Shown: positions 1-11,883 of the stretch, in pieces
Layout: every line of letters starts with the position of its first letter
Numbering within the stretch: position 1 is the first letter of the stretch
Assembly: GCA_030390025.1 (NCBI GenBank)
Contig: CM059425.1
Location: forward strand, 239,320,001 to 239,384,000
Origin: Squalus acanthias
Lineage: Eukaryota
DNA length: 64,000 bases
Direction: 5' to 3'
Notes under the pieces: model-generated
What the model was told of the DNA's origin: nothing
Seen by the model: only the letters and a program-made list of their open reading frames with translations
Databases searched by the model: none
Position numbers and translations under genes: made by a program

Positions 1-198
1 TGATGTCTGTGGGATAAATACTGGCCAGGACACCGGGGATAACTCCCCTGCTCTTCTTTGAAATAGTGCCATGGGATCTTTTGCATCCACCTGAGAGAGC
101 AGATGGGGTCTCTGTTTAACGTCTCATCCGAAAGACGGCACCTCAGACAGTGCAGCACTCCGTCATCACTGCACTGGAGTGTCCGCCTAGATTATTGT
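1..198 (-). mobile_element. DeuSINE (SacSINE1/AmnSINE1-like) fragment
   Basis: Reverse complement of the central domain of the SINE at 1245-1727 (gtgccatgggatctttt, tttaacgtctcatccgaaagacggcacc). Confidence 0.8.
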
Positions 199-299
199 AC
201 AGTTGCCAATTGCTGCTGCACGCCACAAATGAAATGCCATGTCGAAATCTCATCAATATGTTGCGAGAAATTATTGTAACACTGACAGTTTCCAATCAA

Positions 300-516
300 G
301 ATGTGGAGATGCCAGTGTTGGACTGGGGTGGACAAATGTGAGAAGTTGCACAACACCAGGTTATAGTCCAACAGTTTTATTTGAAATCACAAGCTTTCGG
401 AGCGCTGCTCCTTCTTCAGGTGAAGTGAAGAGATGTGACGAAGGAGCAGCGCTCCGAAAGCTTGTGATTTCAAATAAAACTGTTGGACTATAACCTGGTG
501 TTGCGCGACTTCTCAT
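300..516. mobile_element. Penelope-like pLTR-derived inverted-dimer insertion (family 1) with hammerhead motif
   Basis: 80-bp inverted arms 339-418/436-515; 12-bp direct repeat gtttccaatcaa at 288-299 and 517-528. Confidence 0.75.
387..423 (-). ncRNA. Minimal type I hammerhead ribozyme motif (predicted)
   Basis: Minus strand ucac-CUGAAGA-a-ggagc(agc)gcucc-GAA-AGCU-U/guga: 4-bp stem I, 5-bp stem II, palindromic AGCU in place of stem III; predicted cleavage between 391 and 390. Confidence 0.7.
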
Positions 517-1244
517 GTTTCCAATCAAAGTTACTGCGTGGAAAAAATGTGAACTCGGGAAATTGTTTGCGAGGTGGTGTGGCTGACCTCTTTCAAGTGG
601 GAGTCTGCATGTGGGGGGAGGGCGGGGAATGAGAATATAGTAGCCCATCTGACATGCTGCAGCAACACACAGTAGCAGTGCTAATTTGTGACTTAATGTA
701 CTTCATTGTCACGCATGTGGTTGTAGCTTGATAAATTTCAATGCACAACTCAAAGAATATGTGTACAGTTTCATTACTTGGGTGGGTGGTTTGGAATGTG
801 AAATCTAAATCAACCAATTTTGGCTGAAATGTTTCACTAACTTTACAACCCCACCCAATGTTTCCATCTTAATGTTCTTGTGCAATTGTCTTGAGGCGTT
901 GAATACCACTCCACTGCATTCGAGCTGCCGACTGATTCACCGTGCAGGCTTGACTAAAAAACTTGAAGTTTCAAGTAAGTTTTTCAAATCATCTAATAAT
1001 ATTCACGTGCTACTTTAAAGTTACCATCCAATACATGGTGACAAATTCACTGGCATTCTGCACTAAGCAAAAATGAAAGTTAATGTATAACTGGTAAAGG
1101 AATTTGCTGGTACTAATCATCGTCTCCTCCATGCTATGAATGTGTGTGGGGAAATGGAAATGTCACACTGATGCAATAGGGCTCAGGACACTCTATTAAG
1201 GCTGGTTCAAGGCCAGTACGTTAGGGTAAAGCTAAATCTACATT

Positions 1245-1727
1245 GTGTCAGCTGTGGCTCAGTGGGTAGCACACTCGCCTCTGAGTCAGAAGGTTTTGGG
1301 TTCAAGTCCCACTCCAGGGACTTGAGCACTTAAAACTAGGCTGACACTCCAGTACAGTGTTGAGGGAGTGCTGCAGTTGAGGGAGTGCTGCACTGTCGAA
1401 GGTGCTGTCTTTCAGATGAGACGTTAAACCGAGGCCCCATCTGCTCTCTCAGGTGGGCGTAAAAGATCCCATGGCACTATTTCGAAGAAGAGCAGGGGAG
1501 TTATGTTATCCCTGGTGTCCTGGCCAATATTTATCCTTCATCAACATAACAGCAACAGATTATCTGGTCATGATCACATTGCTGTTTGGGAGCTTGCTGT
1601 GCGCAATTTGGCTGCCGCGTTTCCCACATTACAACAGTGACTACACTCCAAAAGTACTTCATTGGCTGTAAAGCACTTTGAGTTGTCCTGTGGTCGTGAA
1701 AGGCGCTATAGAAATGCGAGTCTTTCT
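1245..1727 (+). mobile_element. Near full-length DeuSINE (tRNA head, Deu domain, L2-like tail)
   Basis: A box tggctcagtggg, B box ggttcaagtccc, Deu core gtaaaagatcccatggcactatttcgaagaagagcagggg, tail aaggcgctatagaaatgc; internal duplication of gttgagggagtgctgca. Confidence 0.85.
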
Positions 1728-1976
1728 ATTACCAGCTTTTAACCTGTAATATATTGGCAGGGCTTGATGCTGGCACTGGGTCCAAATGTGGGCTGGTAGG
1801 GGACAGAGTATAAGTTCCATGTCCTCAGCACTGTGTGGGGTTTTTAATTGAATTTCAATTCCTCGCGGTGTATGGTATCAAATAATGTCAATTGCATTTC
1901 TTCCTCCATCCAGTGGATATGTGCTTATGTCTGTTCTGCTTTTCACTGCCACAGAAGTGAAGATCCCGCTGCAACT

Positions 1977-2171
1977 ATGCAAGCACATGAGCTGTTGACA
2001 CACCTACGTGTTCCAGAACTGGGGGAGGTCCGGCAGTTCATACGCTCTCTTCCACCATCCACTCTAATAGGCATTGGTACTATTGCAGCACTTGTAACGT
2101 ACTGGTATGCCACCAGACCCAAGCCACAGAAACCACCATGCGACCTGTCGATGCAGTCAGTTGAAGTGGAG
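1977..2171 (+). CDS. ACSL1: ACSL1 exon 2, coding part (exon starts 1955 after ...ccacag); MQAHELLTHLRVPELGEVRQFIRSLPPSTLIGIGTIAALVTYWYATRPKPQKPPCDLSMQSVEVE, includes N-terminal membrane anchor
   Basis: Acceptor tttcactgccacag at 1941-1954, ATG at 1977 in context actATGc, donor GAG|gtaagg at 2172; 195 nt, phase 0. Confidence 0.95.
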
Positions 2172-2301
2172 GTAAGGTTTGAAATATCAATTGCTTTTTA
2201 AAAAAAATTATCAAGTAATGATGCGGTTTGTTCACAAAAACAACTTCTGAGCATTGATAACTGTGCTTCTTGTTTGTTAGGACGAGTTGCTTCCAAACAA
2301 T

Positions 2302-2463
2302 AAAACAAAAGCAAGATCCTGCAGATGCTGGAAACCTGAGATTAAAAGAGAAAATGCTGGAAACACTCAGCAGGTCCGTTCTGATGAAACGTCATCAACC
2401 TGAACTGTGAACTCTTTCTCTCTACGGTGGCTGCCTGACCTGCTGAGTGTTTCCAGCATTTGC
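2302..2463. mobile_element. Penelope-like inverted insertion (family 2) with decayed hammerhead
   Basis: Perfect 25-bp arms 2352-2376/2437-2461; flanking 14-bp repeat tgctt(c/t)caaacaat at 2288-2301 and 2464-2477; homologous to 33875-33961. Confidence 0.7.
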
Positions 2464-2800
2464 TGCTTTCAAACAATGTTGATGTGGAGTTGCAAAGAGC
2501 TTGTGGTAGTTTTTTTTTAAAAGAAATGGACTGGAACTGCAAAAGAAAAACTTGATTTCCATTGCGTTAAATCCAACCGGTAGAAGCTATCCGAAAGAGA
2601 GGATTTAGAAGGATTTGCTTTTTTTCGTTGTGAATGCTTTTTAAAAAAAATAAAATAAAAAAAACTTAAGGAAATCTTTTCTGTGTGGTTACAGCATCTA
2701 TGCTAAGTTGTACAGAACATTTCATGAGGCGCTTTGAATGATTAGGTGGGATTTTTTTTTGAACGTCCTATTCCACCTGACTGCATAGGCTAATGGGGTT

Positions 2801-3316
2801 ATAGAAACATAGAAGATAGGAGCAGGAGTAGGCCATTCGGCCCCTCGAGCCTGTTCCGCCATTTAATGAGATCATGGCTGATCATCCAAATTCAGTACCC
2901 TGTCCCTGCCTTCTCCCCATATCCCTTGATCCCTTTAGCCTTAAAAAATATATCTATCTCCTTCTTGAATATATTTAATGAATTGGCCTCAACTGCCTTC
3001 TGTGGTAGAGAATTCCACAGGTTCACCACTCTCTGGGTGAAGAAATTCCTCCTCATCTCTGTCCTAAATGGCTTACCCCTTATCCTTAGACTGTGACCCC
3101 TGGTTCTGGACTCCCCCGCCATCGGGAACATTCTTCCTGCATCTAGTCTGTCTTGTCCTGTTAGAATTTTATAAGTTTCAATGAGATCCCCTCTCATTCT
3201 TCTAAACTCTAGCGAATACAAGCCCAATCGTCCCAATCTCTCTTCATACATCATTCCTGCCATTCCTGCCATCCCAGGTATCAGTCTGGTGAATCTTCGC
3301 TGCACTCCCTCCATGG
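2801..3316 (-). mobile_element. CR1 LINE 3' end (young)
   Basis: ORF 2892..3314 with VQRRFTRLIPG...YEERL...RRMRGDLIETYKI...SRTRGHSL...NFFTQRVVNLWNSLP; ctatgttt-type tail at ~2801. Confidence 0.92.
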
Positions 3317-3914
3317 TCTATGCCAGAGTTTATGCTCCACATGAGCCTCCTCCCACTACTGTTCATCTAACCCTCTCAACATATCCTTCTGTACCTTTCT
3401 CCTTTTTATACTTATCTAGCTTCCCCTTAAATGCATCTATGGATTGAGTGGAGTGGATAAACCTGCTAAACCATCAGGGGAGCATAAAGTCTCCTGAACT
3501 GTCTGGATAATAGCAATAAACTTTGAGTAAAACAGCAACCAAAACTCTTAACTTTGCTTCTGTTGTAGCAACGGCTGCTAATTGAAAATTAAGGAAATAA
3601 TGGCCGTCTGAACATTTATTGCATTTTTGAAGTCTATTCCAGAACCAGAATATATGCCATGGGCAGAGTGGCCTTTGGACTGTATTGTCTCTGTCCTCTG
3701 GGGCAAGCTAGCCTCAATTACATAGAATTGCGTAGAACGTACAGCACAGAAACAGGCCATTCGGCCTAACTGGTCCATGTCGGTGTTTGTGCTCCACCTG
3801 AGCCTCCTCCCACCCAACTCATCTAAGCCTATCAACATATCTTTCTATTCCTTTCTCCCTCATGTTTATCTAGCTTCCCCTTAAATGCATCTATGCTATT
3901 CGCCTTAACTTTTC

Positions 3915-5236
3915 TTTTTGTTTGTTCATGGGATGTGTGCGTCGCTGGCAAGGCCAACATTTACTGCCCATCCCTAATTGTCCTTGAGAAGGTGGTGGTG
4001 AGCCGCCGCCTTGAACTGCTGCAGTCTGTGTGGTGAAGGTACTACCACAGTGCTGTTAGGTAGGGAGTTGCAGAATTTTTGACCCAGCGACGATGAAGGA
4101 TCAGCGATATACTTCCAAGTCAGGATGGTGTGTGACTTGGAGGGGATCTTGGAGATGGTGGTGTTCCAATGCACCTGTTGCCCTTGTCCTTCTAGGTGGA
4201 AGAGGTCGTGGGTTTGGGAGGTGCTGCCGAAGAAGCCTTGGCGAGTTGCTGCAGTGCATCTTGTAGATGGTACACACTGCAGCCTTGGTACGCCGGTGGT
4301 GGAGGGAGTGAATGTTTAAGGTGGTAGATGGGGCATCAATCAAGCGGGCTGCTTTGTCCTGGATGGTGTTGAGCTGCTTGTGTTGTTGGAGCTGCACTCA
4401 TCCAGGCAAGTGGAGAGTATTCCATCACACTCCTTACTTGTGCCTTGGAGATGGTGGAAAGGCTTTGGGGAGTCAAGAGGTGAGACACTCGCCGCAGAAT
4501 ACCCAGCCTCTGACCTGCTCTTGTAGCCACAGTATTTATGTGGCTGGTCTAGTTAAGTTTCTGGTCAATGGTGACCCCCAGGATGTTGATGGTGGGGGAT
4601 TCGGCGATGGTAATGCCATTGAATGTCAAGGGACGGTGGTTAGACTCTCGCATGTTGGAGATTGTCATTGCCTGGCACTTCTGTGGGGCGAATGTTACTT
4701 GTCACTTATCAGCCCAAGCCTGAACATCGTCCAGGTCTTGTTGCATGTGGGCATGGACTGCTTCATTATCTGAGGAGTTGTGAATGGCACTGAACACTGC
4801 AGTCATCAGCGAACATCCCCATTTCTGACCTTATGTTGGAGGGAAGGTCATTGATGAAGCAGCTGAAGATGGTTGGGCCTAGGACACTGTCCTGAGGAAC
4901 TCCTGCAGCGATGTCCTGGGGCTGTAATGATTGACCTTCAACCACGACAACTATCTTCCTTTGTGCTAGGTATGACTCCAGCCAGTGGAGCGTTTTCCCC
5001 CCCGATTCCCATTGACTTCAGTTTTACTAGGGCTCCTTGATGCCAGACTCGGTCAAATGCTGCCTTGATGTCAAGGGCAGTCACTCTCACCTCCCCTCTG
5101 GAATTCAGCTCTTTGTCCATGTTTGGACCCAGGCTGTAATGAGGTCGGGAGCCGAGTGGTCTTGGTGGAACCCAAACTGGGCATCAGTGAGCAGGTTATT
5201 GGTGAGTAAGTGCTGCTTGATAGCACTGTCGATGAC
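3915..5236 (-). mobile_element. Second CR1-group LINE family ('LINE-B'), 5'-truncated
   Basis: Frameshifted RT peptides ALDIKAAFDRVWH, RAGQRLGILRR, KAQVRSVMEYSPLAW, IQDKAARLI, LHHRR; A-rich tail near 3915. Confidence 0.85.
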
Positions 5237-5374
5237 GCTACTCCATGTGGTAGCAAGTTCCACATTCTAACCACTAACTGGGTAAAGAAGTTTCTCCTGA
5301 ATTCCCTGTTGGATTTATTAGTGACTTTCTGATGTTGCATGCAGTCGTGCAGCATTTGGAATCATTGTCCAGCT

Positions 5375-6085
5375 CGGTGCGCTCTGTGGCGGAGCCGGGC
5401 TCGCGGGGCGCTGGGGAGGAGCCGGGCTCGCGGTGCGCTGGGGAGGAGCCGGGCTCGCGGCGCGCTGGGCAGGAGCCGGGCTCGCGGTGCGCTGGGCAGG
5501 AGCCGGGCGCGCTGGGCGCTGGGGAGGCGGCGGGCGCGTTGGGGAGGAGCCGGGCGCGCTGGGGAGGAGCCGGGCGCGCTGGGCGCTGGGGAGGAGCCGG
5601 GCGCGCTGGGCGCCGGGGAGGAGCCGGGCGCGCTGGGCGCTGGGGAGGCGGCGGGCGCGCTGGGGAGGAGCCGGGCGCGCTGGGGAGGCGCTGGGGAGGA
5701 GCCGGGCTCGCGGTGCGCTGGGGAGGAGCCGGGCTCGCGGTGCGCTGGGGAGGAGCCGGGCTCGCGGGGCGCTGGGGAGGAGCCGGGCGCGCTGGGCAGG
5801 AGCCGGCGCGCTGGCGCTGGGGAGGCGGCGGGCGCGTTGGGGAGGAGCCGGGCGCGCTGGGGAGGAGCCGGGCGCGCTGGGGAGGCGCTGGGGAGGGAGC
5901 CGGGCGCGCTGGGCAGGAGCCGGGCGCGCTGGCGCTGGGGAGGCGGCGGGCGCGCTGGGGAGGAGCCGGGCGCGCTGGGGAGGCGCTGGGGAGGAGCCGG
6001 GCGCGCTGGGGAGGAGCCGGGCGCGCTGGGGAGGAGCCGGGCTCGCTGGGGAGGAGCCGGGCTCGCTGGGCGCCGGGGAGGAGCT
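5375..6085. repeat. GC-rich, CpG-dense variable minisatellite
   Basis: About 30 shuffled units of GGGGAGGAGCCGGGCGCGCT, with variants GGGCTCGCGGTGCGCT, GGGCAGGAG and GGGGAGGCGGCGGGCGCG. Confidence 0.95.
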
Positions 6086-6309
6086 GGAAGTATTAAATCG
6101 ATTGGTTGAAGCAGACCAGTTGAGCAGGGGTGATTTTTTTGTTTAATTGTCTTTTTCCATAGGCTTGTCAACAACTTGTTGAGCGCATAGCATGTCTTGT
6201 CTCTTGACATGAAATGCCAATGTTCAACGTTGTATGCAAAATCTCAAAGAATTTTAAAAAGCATTATAACTAACTTGCCTGTAGTAATGCCACTGACAGC
6301 AGTTCTGAA

Positions 6310-8228
6310 TACTACAACTTGCATTTATATAGCGCTTCACAGGAGTGTGTTAAAACAAATTTTGAAACTGAGCCCCATGAGCAATTCGGGCAGATGGAGG
6401 TTGGTTTTAAGGCGCATCTTAAAGGAGGTAAGAGAGGCGGAGAGGTTTAGGGAGGGAATTCCAGAGCTTAGGGCCGAGGCAGCTGAAAGCACAGCCACCA
6501 ATAATTGAGCAATTAAAATCAGAGATGTGTAAGAGGCCAGAATTAGAGGAGCGCAGATATCTCAGGGTGGGGGGCGGTTGTGGGGCTGGAGGAGATTAGA
6601 GATAGGGAGGGGCGAGGCCATCGAAGGATTTGAAAACAAGGAGGAGAATTTTAAAATCGATGCGTTGCTTAACTGGGAACCAATGTAGGTCAGCGAGCAC
6701 GGGGTGATGGGTGAACAGGACTTGGCAAGAGTTCGGTCACAGGCAGCCGAGTTTTGGATGACCTCTAGTTTACGTAGGGTAGAATGTGGGAGGCCAGCCA
6801 AGAGTACATTGGAATAATCAAGTCTAAAGGTAACACAGGTATGGATGAGGATTTCAGCAGCGAATGAGCTGAGGCAGGGGTGGAGATGGGCATTGTTACG
6901 GAGGTGGAAATGGATGGTCTTAATAATGGCGCAGATATGTGGTCGGAAGCTCATTTCAGGGTCAAATATGCCATCAAGGTTGTGAACAGACTTGTTCAGC
7001 CTCACAGATGCTAGGGAGAGGGATGGATGGAGTAGATGACTAGGGAATGGAGTTTGTGATGGGGACCGAAGACAATGGCTTCGGTCTTCCCAATATTTAA
7101 TTGGAGAAAATTTCTGCTCATCCAGAACTGGATGTCGGACAAGCCGTCTGACAATTTAGAGACTGTGGAGGGGTCGAGAGAAGTGGTGGTGAGGTAGAGC
7201 TGGATGTTGTCAGCGTACATGTGGAAACTGACACTGTTTTTCGGATGTTGTCGCCGAGGGGCAACATGTAGATGAGAAATAGGAGGGGGTCGTGGATAGA
7301 TCCTTAGGGGACACCAGAGGTAACGATGCGGGAGCGGGAAGAGAAGCCATTGCAGGTGATTCTCTGGCTACGATTAGATAGATAGAATGGAACCAGGCGA
7401 GTGCAGTCCCACCCAGCTGGACAACACGGTCCAGCACGGTGGCATAGTGGTTAGCACTGTTGCCTCACAGCGCCAGGGACCCGGGTTCGAATCCGGCCTC
7501 GGGTGACTGTCTGTGTGGAGTTTGCACATTCTCCCCGTGTCTGCGTGGGTTTCCTCCGGGTGCTCCGGTTTCCTCCCACAGTCCAAAAATGTGCGGGTTA
7601 GGTTGATTTGGCTATGATAAATTGACCCTTAGTGTTAGGGGGGGATTAAATATGTGGGGTTACGGGGATAGGGTGGGATATGTTAGGGGGAATTAAATAC
7701 GTGGGGTTACGGGGATAGGGTGGGATATGTGTCGGTGCAGGCTCGATGGGGATTCTGTGTGGGAAAGCAGGGACAGGGTACTGGATTTGGATGATCAGCC
7801 ATGATCGTATTGAATGGTGGAGCAGGCTCGACGGCGAATTGCCTATTCCTGCTCCTAGTTTCTATGTTTCTATGTTTCTACAACGGTGGCAAAGCGTTTG
7901 GAGAAGGATGGAGTGGTCGACAGTATCAAAGGCTGCCGACAGGCTGAGAAGGACGAGGAGGAATAGTTTACCTTTATCATAGTCACAAAGGATGTCATTT
8001 GTGACTTTGATAAGAGCCATTCCGGTACTGTGGCAAGGGCGGAATTCTGATTGGAGGGATTCAAACCTGGAGTTCTGGGAAAGATGGGCACGGATTTGGG
8101 AGGCGACAGCATGTTCAAGGACTTTGGAGAGGAAAGGGAGGTTGGAGATGGGGCGGTAGTTTGCAAGGATGGCGGGGTCGAGGATTGGTTTTTTGAAGAG
8201 GGGTGATGACGACAGGTTTGAAGGAGAG
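6310..8228 (-). mobile_element. L2 LINE 3' portion, interrupted by HE1 SINE
   Basis: Peptides YADNIQLY, WMSRNFLQLNIGKTE, HLRNNAHL...RLDYSNVLLAGLP; L2 tail gcgctatataaatgcaagttgt on minus strand. Confidence 0.9.
7433..7879 (+). mobile_element. HE1-type V-SINE (tRNA head, V domain, CR1-derived tail)
   Basis: A box tggcatagtgg, B box ggttcgaatcc, V core gtggagtttgcacattctccccgtgtctgcgtgggtttcctccgggtgctccggtttcctccca, tail of ctatgttt repeats. Confidence 0.88.
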
Positions 8229-8277
8229 GAATTAATTAAAAAGGCTCACAATTTAATGTTCAATGCTAAAAGTTAAT

Positions 8278-8788
8278 GGGGGAGAAATTCAGTATCGCCC
8301 CATTTGGGGCGCAATTATCGGCCGGGCGCAAAGATTAGCGCCTGGCGCTAATTATCGCCTCCGACTGCAAACTTGACTTTTATCGCCCCTGGAGTGATTG
8401 GAGCGCTAAATCAGGTGCTTCACACCTGTCTTAAGGCGCAAAGGCCGAGGAGCGAGGCGCTACCTCAGAGCACTGGTGAAGCTCATGTGATGTCAGTCAG
8501 CAATGGAACACACACACAATGGTGCCGGCCAGTTCTTAAAGGGGAGTGTTGATCTTGCTTTCCACCCACATCCTGCTCATTGCAACCTTGAATCTCGGCC
8601 TGGAGAGACCTGTACATCAAAACTGCTGGAAAGAACAACGGAGAGAACCAGGGAAAGAGCTCAGAGTGCAGCCCCCACAGTCTCTTCTAAATCGATACAA
8701 GTAAGGACAAATCAAAATGAACCTGCAAAGTGCTGCTCAGTACCCAAAACTCCTTCACACAGCGTTGAATCACTCCAGAAGTCAGTCT

Positions 8789-8851
<63 letters not shown>

Positions 8852-9149
8852 AATGCGTGGTTCAAAAATGTCACCAACAATAAAAGGCAAGACTGCAAAA
8901 CGCTTCCCTCAACCTGTTGTTGCTAGCGGTGAGGCAGGTGGCGCCACTCAATATCCGCACCGGGGCGTTGCGCACTCGATTGAAGTCACGATCTGCTGGA
9001 GCAGGAGATTGTGGCGGTAGTGTTTAGCGCCGCCGCAAAATGTCTAGTTAATTTCGCGAGCGGCGCAAACATCGCCACGCCCGGGCGCTAGTTGCTTTGC
9101 GCCCTCTTAAGGCGCTAACTGGAGGCGCAGCCAACTGAATTTTTCCCCC
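8278..9149. mobile_element. Non-autonomous DNA transposon, PIF/Harbinger-like MITE
   Basis: TIRs gggggagaaattcagt / actgaatttttccccc (15/16 match); 3-bp flanking duplication aat at 8275-8277 and 9150-9152. Confidence 0.7.
8793..8849. repeat. (TC)n microsatellite
   Basis: About 28 perfect TC units. Confidence 0.97.
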
Positions 9150-10449
9150 AATCTCTCTTGCAGGATGGGTAGAGCAGTGTTTTTACAAGTGTTGTGCTTG
9201 TTCTGTATGGATCCTGCAGTCTGAGCTGATCAGAGGTATGCAGTTATTTGAGGAATGAAAGAGAAATGCTGATTTTTCCATGATTCTGGCATAATTTCTC
9301 CTAATGTGTATTTGAATAATTAATGGATTGGCATAGGTGTGTGGCACTTGAGCTCTTTTACCCTTTTATGTAGTCCAAATTCTTCAAATAGTTGATCGGT
9401 TTTCCAGCAAAAAATCAATCAGTAAAGGAACCTGTTTACGACACCCACATCTCTTAATAATGGCCTACTCCTGCTCCTATATCTAATAATGTCTTTAAAA
9501 GTTGTGTGACTTTTAAATGATTAATACACCTGGTCTCGATGGATTTTGTTGCAGTAAAGCTCCCAAGTTACCTAAAACTGAGCTATGTCACTGATAAGGG
9601 TTAGTTTAACTTACATCCTAACAGGTTAGTTACATAATGAATACTTTTTTAAATTATAGAATTTGATTTTAGGTTTGAATACAAATAATCAATGCAAGGT
9701 GGGCAATAAAAGCAGTTTCAAAAAGCTTGGGGTGAAATCTTATACAGTGGAAATTCAGACTATTGGTAATGGAGATTATCTATAGAATAACAAAATGTGA
9801 ATGCCTCTTAAATTAGTCCTGCATACTCACCACAGATTCTTTTGACTGTGGAATGAAATTCAGATGGTTTACAAACTTCCACGCCCTGGGATTGAATTCC
9901 AGCCTTTAATTTCCTTTTCTTTTTCCCTCCTTTCCCACCCCAAAAGGCTTTGCTCATTTTTGTATTGAATCTCTAAATTACCCTTTGCAAACTGAACTCC
10001 AAGTTTCCATCAGTTGCACTGCTGGAGAATATTAAGGACCACTGGAACCAATTATTACAAAGGCTGTCAGAAGGATATAGTTATGGAAGGTGACTCCATA
10101 AAGTAGAGTATCAGATTCCTGAGATGGTGCAATGTTTTCGTTGTAGAGACAGGTTGGTCTGCAGAGATAGAGCTGCAGCTACTGGTATGCAGTATGAGGT
10201 ATAATATTCCCGATCACTTGGTGAGTGTTGTAATGCCATCGAGCTCATGGCCTAGACATTCAGCCTGCCAGAGCAAACAGGGATCAGGTAGGCCTAAAGC
10301 GCACCCGATATCTGGTGTCATTTACATCAGGCCCGCGAGCTGCGTGTCCCCAGGCAGTCACCGGCGAAGAGGTTTTGAATTTAGATTGATTGTTCAAGGG
10401 GAAGTGTATGTGATCAGGCGGGGCGGCGAGTGGTGGCCGGCACATTTTA

Positions 10450-10745
10450 ATGTGGGCGTTGCTGGCAAGGCCAGCATTTATTGCACATCCCTAATTGCCC
10501 TCGAGAAGGTGCTGGTGAGCCGCCTTGAACCGCTGCAGGTGATGGTACTCTCTCAGTGCTGTTAGGGAGGGAGTTCCATGATTTTGATCCAGCGACGATG
10601 AAGGATCGGCGATATACTACCAAGTCAGGATGGTGTTTGACTTGGAGGGGAACTTGGAGGTGATGCTGCCCTTGTCCTTCTAAGTGGAAGAGGTCGTGGG
10701 TTTGGGAGGTGCTGCCGAAGAAGCCTTGGTGAGTTGCTGCACTGC
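10450..10745 (-). mobile_element. LINE-B 3' fragment
   Basis: Homologous to 3930-4260. Confidence 0.8.
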
Positions 10746-11883
10746 AATTTTGCTTCTACAAATATGGTGGGCTGCGCACTTTTGCTCAATGAGCGCCAGT
10801 TTCCTGCTCAACATATTGGAGGCTTGGGTGCCTGTTTAGCACCTGAAAAATGGGCGTAGCGCTATCAAATTTCTAGGCCCATGTCTATTTCATTGCCTTA
10901 GAGTGGGGTGGTGGCATTTATATGTAATGCCACAGTTGGTGGCCAATGCAATTGGTGGCCGATACAAGTTAAATCTGAGCACTTTTTCTTTGTTCTACAT
11001 CGAATCGATAAAGCTGCGTTTTTATAACTGGTGCTGAAAACTAAAACAGCGTCTGGGCTTCAATATGGTCAGTTGGAACTTGTGCAATGTATTGCAACTT
11101 AGCCAAGTCTTTTGCAACAGTTCAATCTTTTAATATGTACCCTATGCATAAACACAATGTGAAATGGTAGAATCCAGGGGCACTAGAAGCCTGCGCATAT
11201 GACACTTTCATGGCTTGCTTCACTCTTCCTCTGAATCTTGGTTCCGCCTACCCTAGTATGGTAAAAGATTTTACAGCCGTTGCACATAATATAGTGAAAT
11301 AAAAGTCTGCGAGCTTTCTTCCATACATCCTGCGTGTTTCAAAATGCAGCTGGGTGCCATAGGAGCTAATTATGAATTTTGGTTGCACTATTAAATGCGT
11401 GTTTTTTTTGTGAATTATAGTGGTCATACGATTTAATGAAAATCCACGTACACATTATTACGGTTCCTACTTGAGATTTTGACGTATCTGACCAAGTACA
11501 CCAGTACTTAAGAGTAATATTTCTCCAATGAGAGCGAACTTGTACTCAAAGGCGCAGCTTAGTCGCTGGTTATAGAACTGCATCGTACATGCTGTCAGTC
11601 AGCTTGTTGGCAGTTTGCAAGAGAAGTCAATTTTTCTCACTGGAATTGGAGATTGGATTGGGTTCATACCAACAGTCGGTTAGAAATACTTCCCCTTGCT
11701 GTTGCCTGTGCATGAGCTCAAGGCAAGGACGTTTTAAAATAAGCGAGTAATTTCTGAGCGTCACAGTTACAGCTGTGTGTATTTACTGTTTGTCCTCCAA
11801 GAAATTATATATAACATGCTTTTTGAAACTTGCTTTACTATGCGGCATGTTCCGGAGCCAGCCTGCCTGCCTGTTGTCTTATG

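Noticed and set aside
339-515. Long hairpins (also 50911-51023) as microRNA genes or classical DNA-transposon MITEs
   Set aside because: Arm lengths and pivots differ between copies and TSDs vary from 9 to 14 bp, which fits retro-insertion. Small-RNA production cannot be judged from sequence.
1848-1976. N-terminal extension of ACSL1 suggested by ORF 1848..2201
   Set aside because: Starts at a non-ATG codon in intron and crosses the acceptor at 1954; homology begins at ATG 1977.
5375-6085. CRISPR-like appearance of repeated 20-mers
   Set aside because: No unique spacers, no cas genes, eukaryotic intron.
5332-6210. Four long ORFs (237-282 aa) over the GC-rich tract
   Set aside because: Artefact of a stop-free tandem repeat; low-complexity G/A/R/P peptides in several frames on both strands.
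7433-7510. tRNA gene (also 1250-1320)
   Set aside because: A and B boxes continue directly into SINE core domains; these are SINE heads.
8503-8926. ORFs with SLSLSL / RERERE runs
   Set aside because: Translation of the (TC)n microsatellite inside a MITE.
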